DNA of 64,000 bases from Candidatus Latescibacterota bacterium (GTDB lineage Bacteria; Latescibacterota; UBA2968; GCA-2709665): positions 841,913 to 905,912 of the forward strand of contig CAXXXF010000015.1 of NCBI GenBank assembly GCA_963667175.2, written 5' to 3'. Under the pieces are notes generated by a model that saw nothing but the letters and a program-made list of their open reading frames with translations, ran no database searches and was not told where the DNA came from. Below are positions 20,451 to 30,057 of this stretch, one piece after another (positions within the stretch are counted from its first letter, which is position 1; each line of letters opens with the position of its first letter). Made by a program: the position numbers and the translations under genes.

Positions 20451-20825
20451 CTATGAGCTGCAATTGCGGCATTGTCCATAGAGCGTGATCTCGTGCCCTT
20501 CGACCTCGAAGCCCGGCGGCGCCAGTTTCTCGATACCCCCCGGACACCCGCTGATATCGAACGCTTCCTCGCACTCACGACAGAGAAAATGGTGATGATG
20601 ACTCCGGTTGGTCAGCTCGTAACGCGCGTCATTGACCCCCAGTTCCACGACCCGCACTTCACCGGCCTCTTGCAGGCGCCTGAGCTGCCGATAAACCGTC
20701 GCAATGCCCAGCGTCGGCACGATGCGGGATGCCAGGTCGAGGATTTCCCGGGGCCTGAGCGGGCCGGGGGCGTCGCGAACAACCCTCACTATGGCGCTGC
20801 GTTGGCTGGTGCGTCTGTTGCTCAT
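20451..20825 (-). CDS. Fur-family transcriptional regulator (Zur-like)
   Basis: [32 protein letters not shown]. Confidence 0.92.
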   Translation of the reverse strand: MSNRRTSQRSAIVRVVRDAPGPLRPREILDLASRIVPTLGIATVYRQLRRLQEAGEVRVVELGVNDARYELTNRSHHHHFLCRECEEAFDISGCPGGIEKLAPPGFEVEGHEITLYGQCRNCSS

Positions 20826-20854
20826 GAGGAACCCTCCTGACAGCGGCGGCCGAT

Positions 20855-20956
20855 CAGCCCGTTGAAAAAGCCCATCCGGGCTGCCTGCCCGTGCGTGTAC
20901 GCCTGCCTGCCAAGAAATCGCTGGCAGGCCTGCAGAGCGACTTCTTCAACGGACTG
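20855..20956. mobile_element. MITE-like element, copy 2
   Basis: cagcccgttgaaaaag ... cttcttcaacggactg with the same internal gctgcctgcc tract as copy 1. Confidence 0.65.
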
Positions 20957-21407
20957 CTATGGTGGGTGACTGCATGCAAACGGATTTCTCACCGGGTTCG
21001 GAAACAGCGAACCGTTCAAATCGGTGGCGATTCAGTTCAGCGGGCAATGCGAGCAAAACATCCGCGTCACGCGAGGCGACGGCCCAATCCACGAACAGCT
21101 CGTATTGCCACTGTTCCTGGAGGCCGCCAAACCACTGTGTCCCCTGAGATGAGATCACACAAACGACATTGGCCAGATCGCACGGGCCAAGGCATCCGGA
21201 GATCGTCAGTTGCACCGACCTGGTGAGTCTCTCCTCTTTCCACTGTCGTTTGATCCAGTCGCGGGGGAACGGCTTGAACCCCTTGTCTGTGCGACCGCAG
21301 CAACAGCCTTCGCAGAACACGATCTGCCCGAGAACGCGGCTTCGTGGCGTAGCCAATGCTTCGTGTCTGCTGAGCGTTTCGTCGATGCGTTCAGTCTGAG
21401 CATTCAT
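20946..21407 (-). CDS. Thioredoxin-like (2Fe-2S) ferredoxin-fold protein (CbiW-like)
   Basis: FCEGCCCG and SGCLGPC cysteine motifs. Confidence 0.65.
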   Translation of the reverse strand: MNAQTERIDETLSRHEALATPRSRVLGQIVFCEGCCCGRTDKGFKPFPRDWIKRQWKEERLTRSVQLTISGCLGPCDLANVVCVISSQGTQWFGGLQEQWQYELFVDWAVASRDADVLLALPAELNRHRFERFAVSEPGEKSVCMQSPTIAVR

Positions 21408-21470
21408 GTGCGTGCCTTCTCTGGCCAGCTGGACGTGGGATCGGTTTGACGGATTTCAATTGGCTGGCCG

Positions 21471-22379
21471 TCAGAACGCCCTTTTTCTTGTGGCGAATTG
21501 CGATTGCTGGCTGAGCGCTTGAATCAGCGTTCCCAGATTGTGCTCGAACATCTTCTCGTAGCTGGTCGCCGGGCCGCCGCGTTCCGAGAGCGCGTCGGAG
21601 AACAGCCGGCCAGCGATCTGAATTCCGGTTTCGCGCGCGATCTGTTGAATCAGGGATGGGCTGGTGACGTTCTCAACGAACAGCGCGCCGGCGCCGACTT
21701 CCTTGAGGTGATCGATCAGCCTGGCGAGGTCCCGTGCCGACGGCTCGGCATCGGTGTCGATCCCGACCGGGGCCAGAAAGGTAAGCCCATAGGCTGCCTC
21801 CATGTACCCAAAGGCGTCGTGGGCGGTCACGACGGTGCGCCGGTCGGCGGGCAGTCTCTTGAGTTGGTCGAGCGCACGGTTGTGCAATTCCCTGAGTCTG
21901 GCAGTGTAGGCGCGGGCGTTGGCCCTGTAGGCTTCCGCATTCTTCGGATCGTATTCCGCCATGCTGTCCGCAATATTGGCGACGTACTTCATGCCGTTCG
22001 TGAGCGAATTCCAGGCATGCGGGTCGATTTCGCCGTCAACCTTCAAAGGCGTTATGCCATCCGTCGCGACGTACACTCTGGCTTTGGTACCGGATGTCTC
22101 GATCAGGGTTTGCGACCAGGTCTCGAAGCCCAGACCGTTGACGAAGATCACCTCGGCGTTGGCCACTGCTATGGCGTCGGCCGCGCTGGGCGTGTAAACG
22201 TGCGCATCCGCGTCCGGGCCGACAATGGTTGTCACCTCGGCCAAATCGCCGGTGGTCTGGCGCACCATATCCCTGAGGATGGAGAAGCTGGCGACAACCT
22301 TGATTCCGTCCTGGGCGGCCGCCGGGATTGAGGTCAAAACCAGGCTCGACAGCAGCAGTGCTCGGAAGCCTCTTTGCAT
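21471..22379 (-). CDS. Zn/Mn ABC transporter substrate-binding protein (cluster A-I, AztC-like)
   Basis: VVASFSIL, DAHVYTP, NGLGFE, DPHAW, HDAFGY, LFSDAL. Confidence 0.92.
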   Translation of the reverse strand: MQRGFRALLLSSLVLTSIPAAAQDGIKVVASFSILRDMVRQTTGDLAEVTTIVGPDADAHVYTPSAADAIAVANAEVIFVNGLGFETWSQTLIETSGTKARVYVATDGITPLKVDGEIDPHAWNSLTNGMKYVANIADSMAEYDPKNAEAYRANARAYTARLRELHNRALDQLKRLPADRRTVVTAHDAFGYMEAAYGLTFLAPVGIDTDAEPSARDLARLIDHLKEVGAGALFVENVTSPSLIQQIARETGIQIAGRLFSDALSERGGPATSYEKMFEHNLGTLIQALSQQSQFATRKRAF

Positions 22380-22421
22380 GGGGGTTTTCCCTTACGTTGA
22401 GTTTTGGTTGATGGTCAGGGG

Positions 22422-23270
22422 TCAGCGGCGGTACGGGTTGAGTCGTGCGCCGACATGAAATCCCTGCGGTGCGAAGTTCAGGCTGAAGAAGAAAAACACC
22501 GCCGCAACCAGCACGATTGCGGGACCTGACGGCACGTCCGGCAAATAGAACGAAACGATCAGCCCGATCCAGCAGCTCAGCAGCGCGCACATGAAGGTCA
22601 CGACCAGATAGCCGGTGATCGTCGAGACCCAGTAACGCGCCGCCGTCGCCGGCAGGATCATCAGCCCGACCGCCATCAGCGTGCCGAGCGCCTTGAAGGC
22701 CCCCAACAGATTGAGCACGACCAGAAACATGAACCAGTGAGTCACGAGGCCCGGGCGCCTGGACTGGCTCTCATGGAAGACCGGATCGATTGTATTGAGG
22801 ATCAGAGGCCTGAGGATCAGCGCGAAGCTCACCAATGTGATTGTCGCCGTCGTCCCGATCAGAATGAGGGTTTCGTCGTCAATACCGAGGATCGAACCGA
22901 AGAGGAAACTCTTCAGCGGCACCGCCGATCCGGCGGCGGACAAGATGAAGATGCCGAGCGCAAGGGCGATCAGGTAGAGCGACGCCAGACTCGCATCCTC
23001 GCGGATGATCGTCACACGGGCGAGCAGGCTGGTCAGCGCGGCGGTGGCGATACCGGCGGCCAACCCGCCAACGATCATGGATCCCACCGACAGACCGGCG
23101 ATCACGAACGCGATGGCGATTCCCGGCACGATCGCATGAGCCATCGCCTCCCCGGCGAGCGACAGGCGCCTGAGCACCAGGAATGCTCCGACCGGGGCGA
23201 CGGAGAAACTAAGCACCGTCGTCGCGGACAGTGCTCGGACCATGAACGCGTAGTCGAGCCACTCAAACAT
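22422..23270 (-). CDS. Zn/Mn ABC transporter permease
   Basis: VGAFLVLRRLSL.GEAMAHAIVPG, FLFGSIL, PSGPAIVL. Confidence 0.92.
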   Translation of the reverse strand: MFEWLDYAFMVRALSATTVLSFSVAPVGAFLVLRRLSLAGEAMAHAIVPGIAIAFVIAGLSVGSMIVGGLAAGIATAALTSLLARVTIIREDASLASLYLIALALGIFILSAAGSAVPLKSFLFGSILGIDDETLILIGTTATITLVSFALILRPLILNTIDPVFHESQSRRPGLVTHWFMFLVVLNLLGAFKALGTLMAVGLMILPATAARYWVSTITGYLVVTFMCALLSCWIGLIVSFYLPDVPSGPAIVLVAAVFFFFSLNFAPQGFHVGARLNPYRR

Positions 23271-24024
23271 CGTTTGCTTTCGATTGCAAGTTCATGTCTT
23301 CGATCCAGGCGGCCTGGCTTTGCGACAGGTACCGGTGAGCGACCAGATTGCCGGGCGTAAGCGTCTCTTTCGGGGCGCCGAAAAGCGCGCGGCCATCTCC
23401 CAGGAGAAGCGCTGAGGCGCAATGTTGCAGAACGGCGGAAAGATCGTGCAGAACCAGGATGATCGTGCGTCCTTCCGCGGCCCAGTGATCGATCAACGTC
23501 AGCAGAGCCGCTTCCGTTGACTGGTCGACCGCCGTAAACGGCTCATCCAACAGGATCAGCGGCGCATCCTGGACCATGGTCCGGGCAAATAGCGCCCGTT
23601 GCAGCTGACCCGCGGATAGCTTGTGCAACGGCATGTCGGCGATCTCGGCTGTGCCCGTGCGCTCGAGCGCGCGCCTGATCCGAGCCCGGCACTCGCTATC
23701 GATGCGGCCGAGAAACCCCAGGTTGGGCCACGCGCCCATTGCCGCCAAGTCGCGGACCCGGATGGGAAAGCGGCTGTCGAAATCGGTTCTCTGGCCCAGA
23801 TAGGCAATGGTTCGCGGCCGTCCGGCGGGCCAGTCGAGCGTGCCGGCAAGCGGCGGCAAGGCGCCCAGCAGTGTTTTGATCAGGGTCGATTTTCCCGATC
23901 CGTTGTGACCGACAACAGCGAGCACGTCGCCGAGCGCAAGGTTGAACGCGACGTCTTCTGCGACGGTCTCGGTCCCATAACCGAGCGCGAGTCCGGTTGC
24001 CGAAAGGAGCATTGGGTTCGCCAT
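23263..24024 (-). CDS. Zn/Mn ABC transporter ATPase
   Basis: GHNGSGKST, LSAGQLQR, LLDEPF, VLHDL. Confidence 0.92.
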   Translation of the reverse strand: MANPMLLSATGLALGYGTETVAEDVAFNLALGDVLAVVGHNGSGKSTLIKTLLGALPPLAGTLDWPAGRPRTIAYLGQRTDFDSRFPIRVRDLAAMGAWPNLGFLGRIDSECRARIRRALERTGTAEIADMPLHKLSAGQLQRALFARTMVQDAPLILLDEPFTAVDQSTEAALLTLIDHWAAEGRTIILVLHDLSAVLQHCASALLLGDGRALFGAPKETLTPGNLVAHRYLSQSQAAWIEDMNLQSKANDV

Positions 24025-24039
24025 CGGCTCTTGTCGGAC

Positions 24040-24219
24040 CTACGTGCCGAGGGTTGCGACGATGATGACCCAAAGTCCCGCGCAGGCAACGCCGACCGCA
24101 ATTAGATGATGGAGCGTACTGGCAGCGGTAAGATCAAATGCCGCCAGGCTTCGAGGCAGTAAGTCTTGCGAGTTCGTAATTCTCTCCTTCGGGGACACCC
24201 GCACGGCGATGGGTTTCAA
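24040..24219 (-). CDS. Small membrane peptide upstream of the ABC ATPase (46-59 aa; start uncertain)
   Basis: Manual translation ...AASTLHHLIAVGVACAGLWVIIVATLGT*; TTG at 24219, or ATT at 24180 after GAAGGAGAG; below ORF-track cutoff. Confidence 0.5.
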   Translation of the reverse strand: MKPIAVRVSPKERITNSQDLLPRSLAAFDLTAASTLHHLIAVGVACAGLWVIIVATLGT

Positions 24220-24263
24220 AATGCCCGGCAGGTCTTCTGGCTCACGGTTGACCAGGACTCGAC

Positions 24264-24290
24264 CTTAAATAATACTGCATTATCATTAAG
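24264..24290. promoter_or_regulatory. Possible Fur/Zur operator upstream of the ABC operon
   Basis: Minus-strand TAATGATAATGCAGTATTATTTA, an imperfect AT-rich palindrome. Confidence 0.5.
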
Positions 24291-24460
24291 AAGTCAATTC
24301 ATCCTGAGGAGGCCGTCAAACCGGTGATGTGTCCGGGCGGAAGGCGGGCGCCTTCCATATTGTGTCAGCGTGATACCGATTTTTCTTGCCTTTTCGGGCA
24401 GAATCAGACATAATATTATCACTTATTATTAAATAGTAACGATTTGTCTGAGTCAAGACC

Positions 24461-25054
24461 ATGCAGGATCGACTTGAAGAGATCTTCCGCCTGCACGGCG
24501 GCCAGCTTCGCATGAGCGAAGCCCTGGCGCAAGGGATCACGCGCTACACGCTCTACACGATGCGGGACCGGGGCATCGTGGAGCCCGTGAGCAGGGGCAT
24601 CTACCGGCTGACGGAACTGCCTCCTTTCGGCAACCCGGATCTGGCGACGGTAAGCCTGCGCTTTCCATACGCCGTCATCTGTCTCGTCTCCGCGCTGACC
24701 TTTCATGACATGACGACGCAGATCCCCCGCGCGGTTTCCGTGGCGGTGCCGCGGGGGTCGCGCGCGCCGTCGCTGGACCACCCACCTGTTCGCGCTCACA
24801 GGTTTTCCGTCGAAGCCTATGAGAAGGGCATCCAAACGCATCTGATCGATGGTGTTACCGTCAAGGTCTACAGCCGCGAAAAGACCCTCGCCGACTGTTT
24901 CAAGTTCCGTAACCGTATCGGCATGGACGTGGTGATTGAGGCGCTGAGGTTTTACAGGGAACGATACGGCCTCGATCCGGGCGCCGTGCTCGCATACGCC
25001 AGAATTTGTCGCGTAGAGAACGTGATGCGGCCCTATCTTGAGGCTATACTGTGA
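24461..25054 (+). CDS. Type IV TA antitoxin, AbiEi family
   Basis: N-terminal wHTH (VSRGIY), VICLVSAL.FHDMTTQIP, YSREKTLADCF; overlaps the toxin start. Confidence 0.88.
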   Translation: MQDRLEEIFRLHGGQLRMSEALAQGITRYTLYTMRDRGIVEPVSRGIYRLTELPPFGNPDLATVSLRFPYAVICLVSALTFHDMTTQIPRAVSVAVPRGSRAPSLDHPPVRAHRFSVEAYEKGIQTHLIDGVTVKVYSREKTLADCFKFRNRIGMDVVIEALRFYRERYGLDPGAVLAYARICRVENVMRPYLEAIL

Positions 25055-25953
25055 CGCCGCCGCGAAACGTGCCCGCCTCGGTTCGGCAGCAGCTCCTCAA
25101 TCGGGCCAGGAGCGAGCGGCGTCCGTTCAATGAGCTGTTACAATATTTCGCCATGGAGCGGTTTCTCTATCGGCTCTCCCAATCCGCCCACGCCCAACGG
25201 TTCATTCTCAAGGGCGCCTTGATGCTACATGTGTGGCAACCGACCACGACACGTCCGACCATGGACATAGACCTTCTGGGACGAACGAGCAGTGTCGAAG
25301 CCGATCTCGTGGCGCAGCTTCGGGACATTTTGGCGGTCGACGTGGAGCCGGACGGTCTCGCGTTCGACGCGGAATCGATCCAGACAGAACGCATCACCTC
25401 AAGCACGGATTACGAGGGAGTCAGGATTCGGTTTTCTGGCCTGCTGGTCACGGCACGAGTCCTCATGCAGATTGATGTCGGGTTCGGCGACGTCGTTTAT
25501 CCCAAACCTGAGACGGCGGATCTGCCGACCCTTCTGCATTTCCCCGCGCCGCGACTCCTTTGCTATAGCCGTGAAGCCACCATCGCGGAAAAGCTTGAGA
25601 CGGCGGTCAAGTTCGGCGTTCTGAACAGCAGGATGAAGGATTTTTACGACATCTGGTTGCTGTCCCGTCAATTTGACTTCGATGGGCCCGATTTGGCCGA
25701 GGCCATTCGGCTGACTTTCGAACGCCGGGGCACGGCGCTGCCACCGGAAATTGAGGCGTTCACCCGGCGCTTCGTCGACTCGAGGCAGGTCCTGTGGACC
25801 GCGTTCCGGAACCGTCTACAGCCGAATCGTGTCCCAGCGTCCTTCGCCCAGGTCGTAGCCTCAATAGCTCATTTCATCTCGCCGATCGTCGCGGCCGTTT
25901 CCTCCGGAAATCCCGCACCGACCCGTTGGAACGCGCCCGGCCGATGGACCTGA
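25051..25953 (+). CDS. Type IV TA toxin, AbiEii nucleotidyltransferase
   Basis: ERFLYRLS, FILKGA, RPTMDIDL, AEKL, NSRMKDFYD. Confidence 0.92.
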   Translation: MTPPRNVPASVRQQLLNRARSERRPFNELLQYFAMERFLYRLSQSAHAQRFILKGALMLHVWQPTTTRPTMDIDLLGRTSSVEADLVAQLRDILAVDVEPDGLAFDAESIQTERITSSTDYEGVRIRFSGLLVTARVLMQIDVGFGDVVYPKPETADLPTLLHFPAPRLLCYSREATIAEKLETAVKFGVLNSRMKDFYDIWLLSRQFDFDGPDLAEAIRLTFERRGTALPPEIEAFTRRFVDSRQVLWTAFRNRLQPNRVPASFAQVVASIAHFISPIVAAVSSGNPAPTRWNAPGRWT

Positions 25954-25972
25954 GTGGACGGCCTGGAGTGAT

Positions 25973-26090
25973 CGAACTCAGGGCCGGGCGAAGTCCGTTG
26001 CGTCCATTCGCGATTGACGTCATCCGGCCCTGACGCGTTCGGAATGCCTGGCGCCCGTGGCGCGGGTTCCCTGCGGTCAGCCGTAACGAA
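25973..26090 (+). repeat. ~110 bp direct repeat, copy B
   Basis: Matches 14330-14439 with a few substitutions and a short insertion. Confidence 0.85.
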
Positions 26091-26283
26091 CCTGAAGGGA
26101 ATGAACGCCCGCGCCCGTTATCACGGGGAGCGCCGTATAGTTTACATCCTCCCACTCTTCTTTGGTGGGCCTGGATGTCGACTATTTGCTTCTCCTGAGA
26201 GTAAGTGGAAGCTGACAACTGCTCTTCCTGATCACTGACCACTGCCCACTATTTACTGCTCCTGGTGATAAATGGTCTAATCA

Positions 26284-26390
26284 TTCCCCCCTTGAGGGGG
26301 AGTCGCCTGCCTGCGCCTGCCTGTCCCGTTGGAACGGCAGACAGGCAGAAGTCGAGCCGTCAGGCGAAGGCTGATGCGGTGGGGGGATTG
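26284..26390. repeat. REP-like element with nested palindromes
   Basis: ttccccccttgagggggag ... gcctgtc-ccgttggaacgg-cagacaggc ... ggtgggggg. Confidence 0.55.
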
Positions 26391-26584
26391 CCGCCCCTCC
26401 AATCCTCCTGGGATACAACGAAAGCAATCCCCGAAGGTTTTTAACAGTAGAGTTGGACTAATGACTTATATTAACACAATAAAACGAACGATTTGATAAT
26501 CCTGACTGGGCTTCGCTGTGGTCAGCCCTGCCTGCGCAGTGCCCCGCTCTGCAGGCAGGCCTCTTGTGCCAAATGATTTCAGCC

Positions 26585-27305
26585 ATGGTTTTTTCGCGTG
26601 TTTCGTAGTTTCTGATGTTCGCTTTGTCGCGCCTTGCTCTTGGTTTCTAATCCTGCTTGATCCTGTAAATCCTGATCGTTTTTTCGCGTGTTTCGCGTGT
26701 TTCGTAGTTTCTGATGTTCGTCTTCTCGCGCCTTTTGCTTTTCCTCGTTTTCTCGCGCCTTTCTCGTGCTTTTCGGTCTTCATCCCGTCCATCCATGTAA
26801 GTTTCGTTTTGGTGAATTAATGGGGTGAATGGGGTCAGCCATGTATTTTTCGCGTGTTTCGCGTGTTTCGTAGTTTCTGATGTTCGCTTTCTCGTGCTTT
26901 TCGGTTTTCATCCTGCTCTTGGTTTCTAATCCTGTTCATCCTGTAAATCCTGATCGTTTTTTGTTTCGTAGTATTCGATGCTCGTATTTTCGCGCCTTTC
27001 TCGCGCCTTTTGCTTTCCCTCGTTTTCTCGTGCCATTGCCTTGTTCTTGGTTTCTAATCCTGTTCATCCTGTAAATCCTGATCTTTTTTTCGCGTGTTTC
27101 GTAGTTTCTGATGTTCGTCTTCTCGCGCCTTTTGCTTTCCCTCGTTTTCTCGCGCCATTGCCTTGCTCTTGGTTTCTAATCCTGCTTGATCCTGTAAATC
27201 CTGATCTTTTTTTCGCGTGTTTCGTAGTTTCTGATGTTCGTCTTCTCGCGCCTTTTGCTTTTCCTCGTTTTCTCGTTTTCTCGTGCTTTTCGGTTTTACT
27301 CCTGT
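26585..27305 (+). repeat. Modular pyrimidine-rich tandem repeat region, ~123 bp unit
   Basis: Recurring modules ttcgcgtgtttcgtagtttctgatgttcg, ctcgcgccttttgcttt(c/t)cctcgttttctcg, cttggtttctaatcctg..tcctgtaaatcctgatc; adjacent copies start at about 27084 and 27207. Confidence 0.9.
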
Positions 27306-27346
27306 CCATTCCCCCCGGCAACGTCGGAGACGTATTGAGTTCGTTC

Positions 27347-28354
27347 ATGTGTCCTCAAGAATTGGTTTCCGTCATTATTCCGACGTACAATCGGGCGAGC
27401 TATTTGATACAGTCGCTGGAAAGTGTATTGGCTCAATCGTACCGAAACGTTGAAGTCATCGTTGTTAACGATGGCTCCACGGATGAGACAAGGGCGATAT
27501 TGACGCCTTACCGGAATCGAATTGTGTACTTCGAAAAAACAAACGGGGGCAAATCATCAGCGTTGAACCTGGGACTCAAACACGTTTCAGGTGAGTACGT
27601 CTGGGTTTTTGACGACGATGACGTCGCATTGCCGGAACTGATCGAATCCCACATATCGGTTTTTGAATCCCAACCCGAGGTCGATTTCGTCTATAGCGGA
27701 TATGCGTATTTTCAGGGTGAAGATACCGGCAATGTCATCGAGTCGGTCGAGGCTTGTGCGCATCCGGATCGTGAGTTGGTGGGCGAGCTGCTGAACGGCA
27801 ACTTCATCAGCGGCGTTTCAGTCGTTGTCCGCAAACGATGTTACGATCGCGTGGGATGTTACGATGAACGGTTGATTCGCGCCCAGGACTACGATATGTG
27901 GATACGCCTGGCGCGTGCGGGATTCAAGGCGGGGATTGTCAGACGGCCTTTGGTGAAAGTTCGCAAGCATGAGGGCGAACGGGGGTCCGAAGAAGATCGC
28001 TTCGATACGTCTGTGCTGCGAGACAAACACCTTGAGTATCATCGCATAATCATGCGCAAAGTGTATTGGGAAGTCCCGTTGGATGTGATTTCGCCGGAAC
28101 TGGCGGAGGTCCCTGATGATCCGGGGCGAACGTTGCGGGCTCTGTTGAAACGAACATGGATCGTGGCCAATACAATGCTCGTGGAGGAAACAACCAGAGA
28201 CCTGTGTTTCGTTCGGGATCACCTTTTGCGACATAAGGAATTGCGCCTGGATGATCGTCAAAAGACGTTCCTTTCGGCCTTACGGGAATTCGCGGCGAAA
28301 AAGCAACAGTCCGAAATCGCGTCGCTGAGTCAATTGGTATTGCAAGGCGCGTGA
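27347..28354 (+). CDS. Glycosyltransferase family 2 with C-terminal extension
   Basis: VSVIIPTYNR, VNDGSTD, GKSSALN, FDDDD, AQDYDMW; the upstream part of the track ORF is the DNA repeat. Confidence 0.92.
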   Translation: MCPQELVSVIIPTYNRASYLIQSLESVLAQSYRNVEVIVVNDGSTDETRAILTPYRNRIVYFEKTNGGKSSALNLGLKHVSGEYVWVFDDDDVALPELIESHISVFESQPEVDFVYSGYAYFQGEDTGNVIESVEACAHPDRELVGELLNGNFISGVSVVVRKRCYDRVGCYDERLIRAQDYDMWIRLARAGFKAGIVRRPLVKVRKHEGERGSEEDRFDTSVLRDKHLEYHRIIMRKVYWEVPLDVISPELAEVPDDPGRTLRALLKRTWIVANTMLVEETTRDLCFVRDHLLRHKELRLDDRQKTFLSALREFAAKKQQSEIASLSQLVLQGA

Positions 28355-30057
28355 CGTGGATACGGGGCGTTTGTGGATGGCAGTGATTGGAATTTTTCGA
28401 TGACGATTGGAAGAACCATAATTGCGAGTCTACTGATAATCATTCTCACGTGTTTCGTCAGCATAGAGGTCAATCGTGTGACCGCCGGCGAGATATGGGA
28501 CAAGGTGGAAGAGATCCTCGCGGATGATCAGGAGTTGATGGTCCTGGACGGGACGGAGAAGATCTCGCCGCGGTATACGGGAAAAGACCGGCCGATACAC
28601 GGAGACTGGCTGGTCCTCCACGCGTTTTCCGAGCCGACCACGTTCAATCCGTATTCCGGGATGGACTATGGTATGTACAGAATCCTGGAGAATGTGTTCG
28701 AATCGATGTTGTATATGGATGCGTCGCCTCCGTACGAGTTCAAGGGGAAGCTCGCGAAGGGGTATCCGGCGGTGTATGCCGACAGGCTCTCCTACACCTT
28801 CGATCTGCGGGAGGAGATTCGCTTTTCGGATGGGAGACCATTAACCACCGAGGATGTCTTGTTCACCTTCAAGGTGATCAAGAATCCGGACGTGCAGTTG
28901 TCGGGATTCGTGCGAAGTGGATTCAAGGACCTGGAGGCGATCCGATCTGAAGGAGCGTATCGAATCACATTTGTCTACGGGGAACCCTATTTCTATCATG
29001 CGATCAACATTGGACGGCGTTGGATCCTGCCGAAACACTATTACGACCCCGACGGACTGATGGACCGTGTCCGTATCGAGGACCTGATCGACGGGACGTG
29101 GGCGGCGGGACCTCAGGCCGACCTGGTGCGGCGGTTCGCGGAGCGGTTCAATCGGGATTTCAGCCGGCACGCGCTTGGCTCCGGCCCCTACGTGTTTCCC
29201 CGTTCCGACGACACGGCGTACCCAGGGAAGACCGTTCTGGACCGCGACCCGAACTATTGGGGACGAGGCAGGAAGGACCTTCCTCCCTCCGGGTACGTGG
29301 ACAAACTGGTGTTCAACGTGGTTGTGAATCCGGATGCCGCGTTTATCGAACTGGTCAACGGCAACCTGGACGTCCTGAACATGTACCCCCTGCCATTCAA
29401 GGAGAAAAGCTGGTCTCGCGAATTTACGTCGCGCTTTCTCAAGGTTATCCGGTACGCGAGCGGCATCAACTTCATTGCATGGAACAACACCCATCCGATC
29501 TTTCGCGATAAACGGGTCCGCCGGGCGATGAGTCATCTGACACCGAGGAAGAGTATTATCCGAAACTTGATCTACGGACTCGGCGTACCCATCGACGGTC
29601 CGGTGCATATGTCCCGTCCGGAATATCACGCGGGACTGGAACCCCTTGACTACAGTCGTGGTCGGGCGGTCGAATTGCTGCAGGCGGCCGGTTGGTTCGA
29701 TACAGACCATGACGGAATTCTTGATCGGCTCGTGGACGGCGTCAGAACTGCATTCGAATTTGATTTCCTGGTAGCAGCCGGTTCGCCGCTCAGCAAAGAT
29801 ATCGCCCTCGTGATGCAGGACGAAATGGCAAACGTGGGAATCGTCTGCAGGGTGCGTGAAATCGATCGCACCGTCTTCCTGCAGCGGCTGCGAAAACGGG
29901 AGTACGACGCGTTGTTCTCCGGCGGAGGCAGCCACCCCGCGGTGCCGCTGGACCTGTATTCAAGCTGGCATTCGTCGCAGGTCAAAGACGGCGCGAATTA
30001 TACCTACTTAGAAAATAACCTTTCAGATTTCGAAGAATCCTGTTGTTTTTCTTTTAT

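Noticed and set aside
26386-26403. gattgccgcccctcca as a degenerate tmRNA 3' duplication (attR)
   Set aside because: Short, gapped match at the edge of a REP-like element, and no integrase; too weak.
26585-27305. Possible CRISPR array
   Set aside because: No unique spacers between constant repeats and no cas genes.
26978-27346. Hydrophobic N-terminal extension of GT2
   Set aside because: Translation of the DNA repeat; the GT2 fold starts at ATG 27347.
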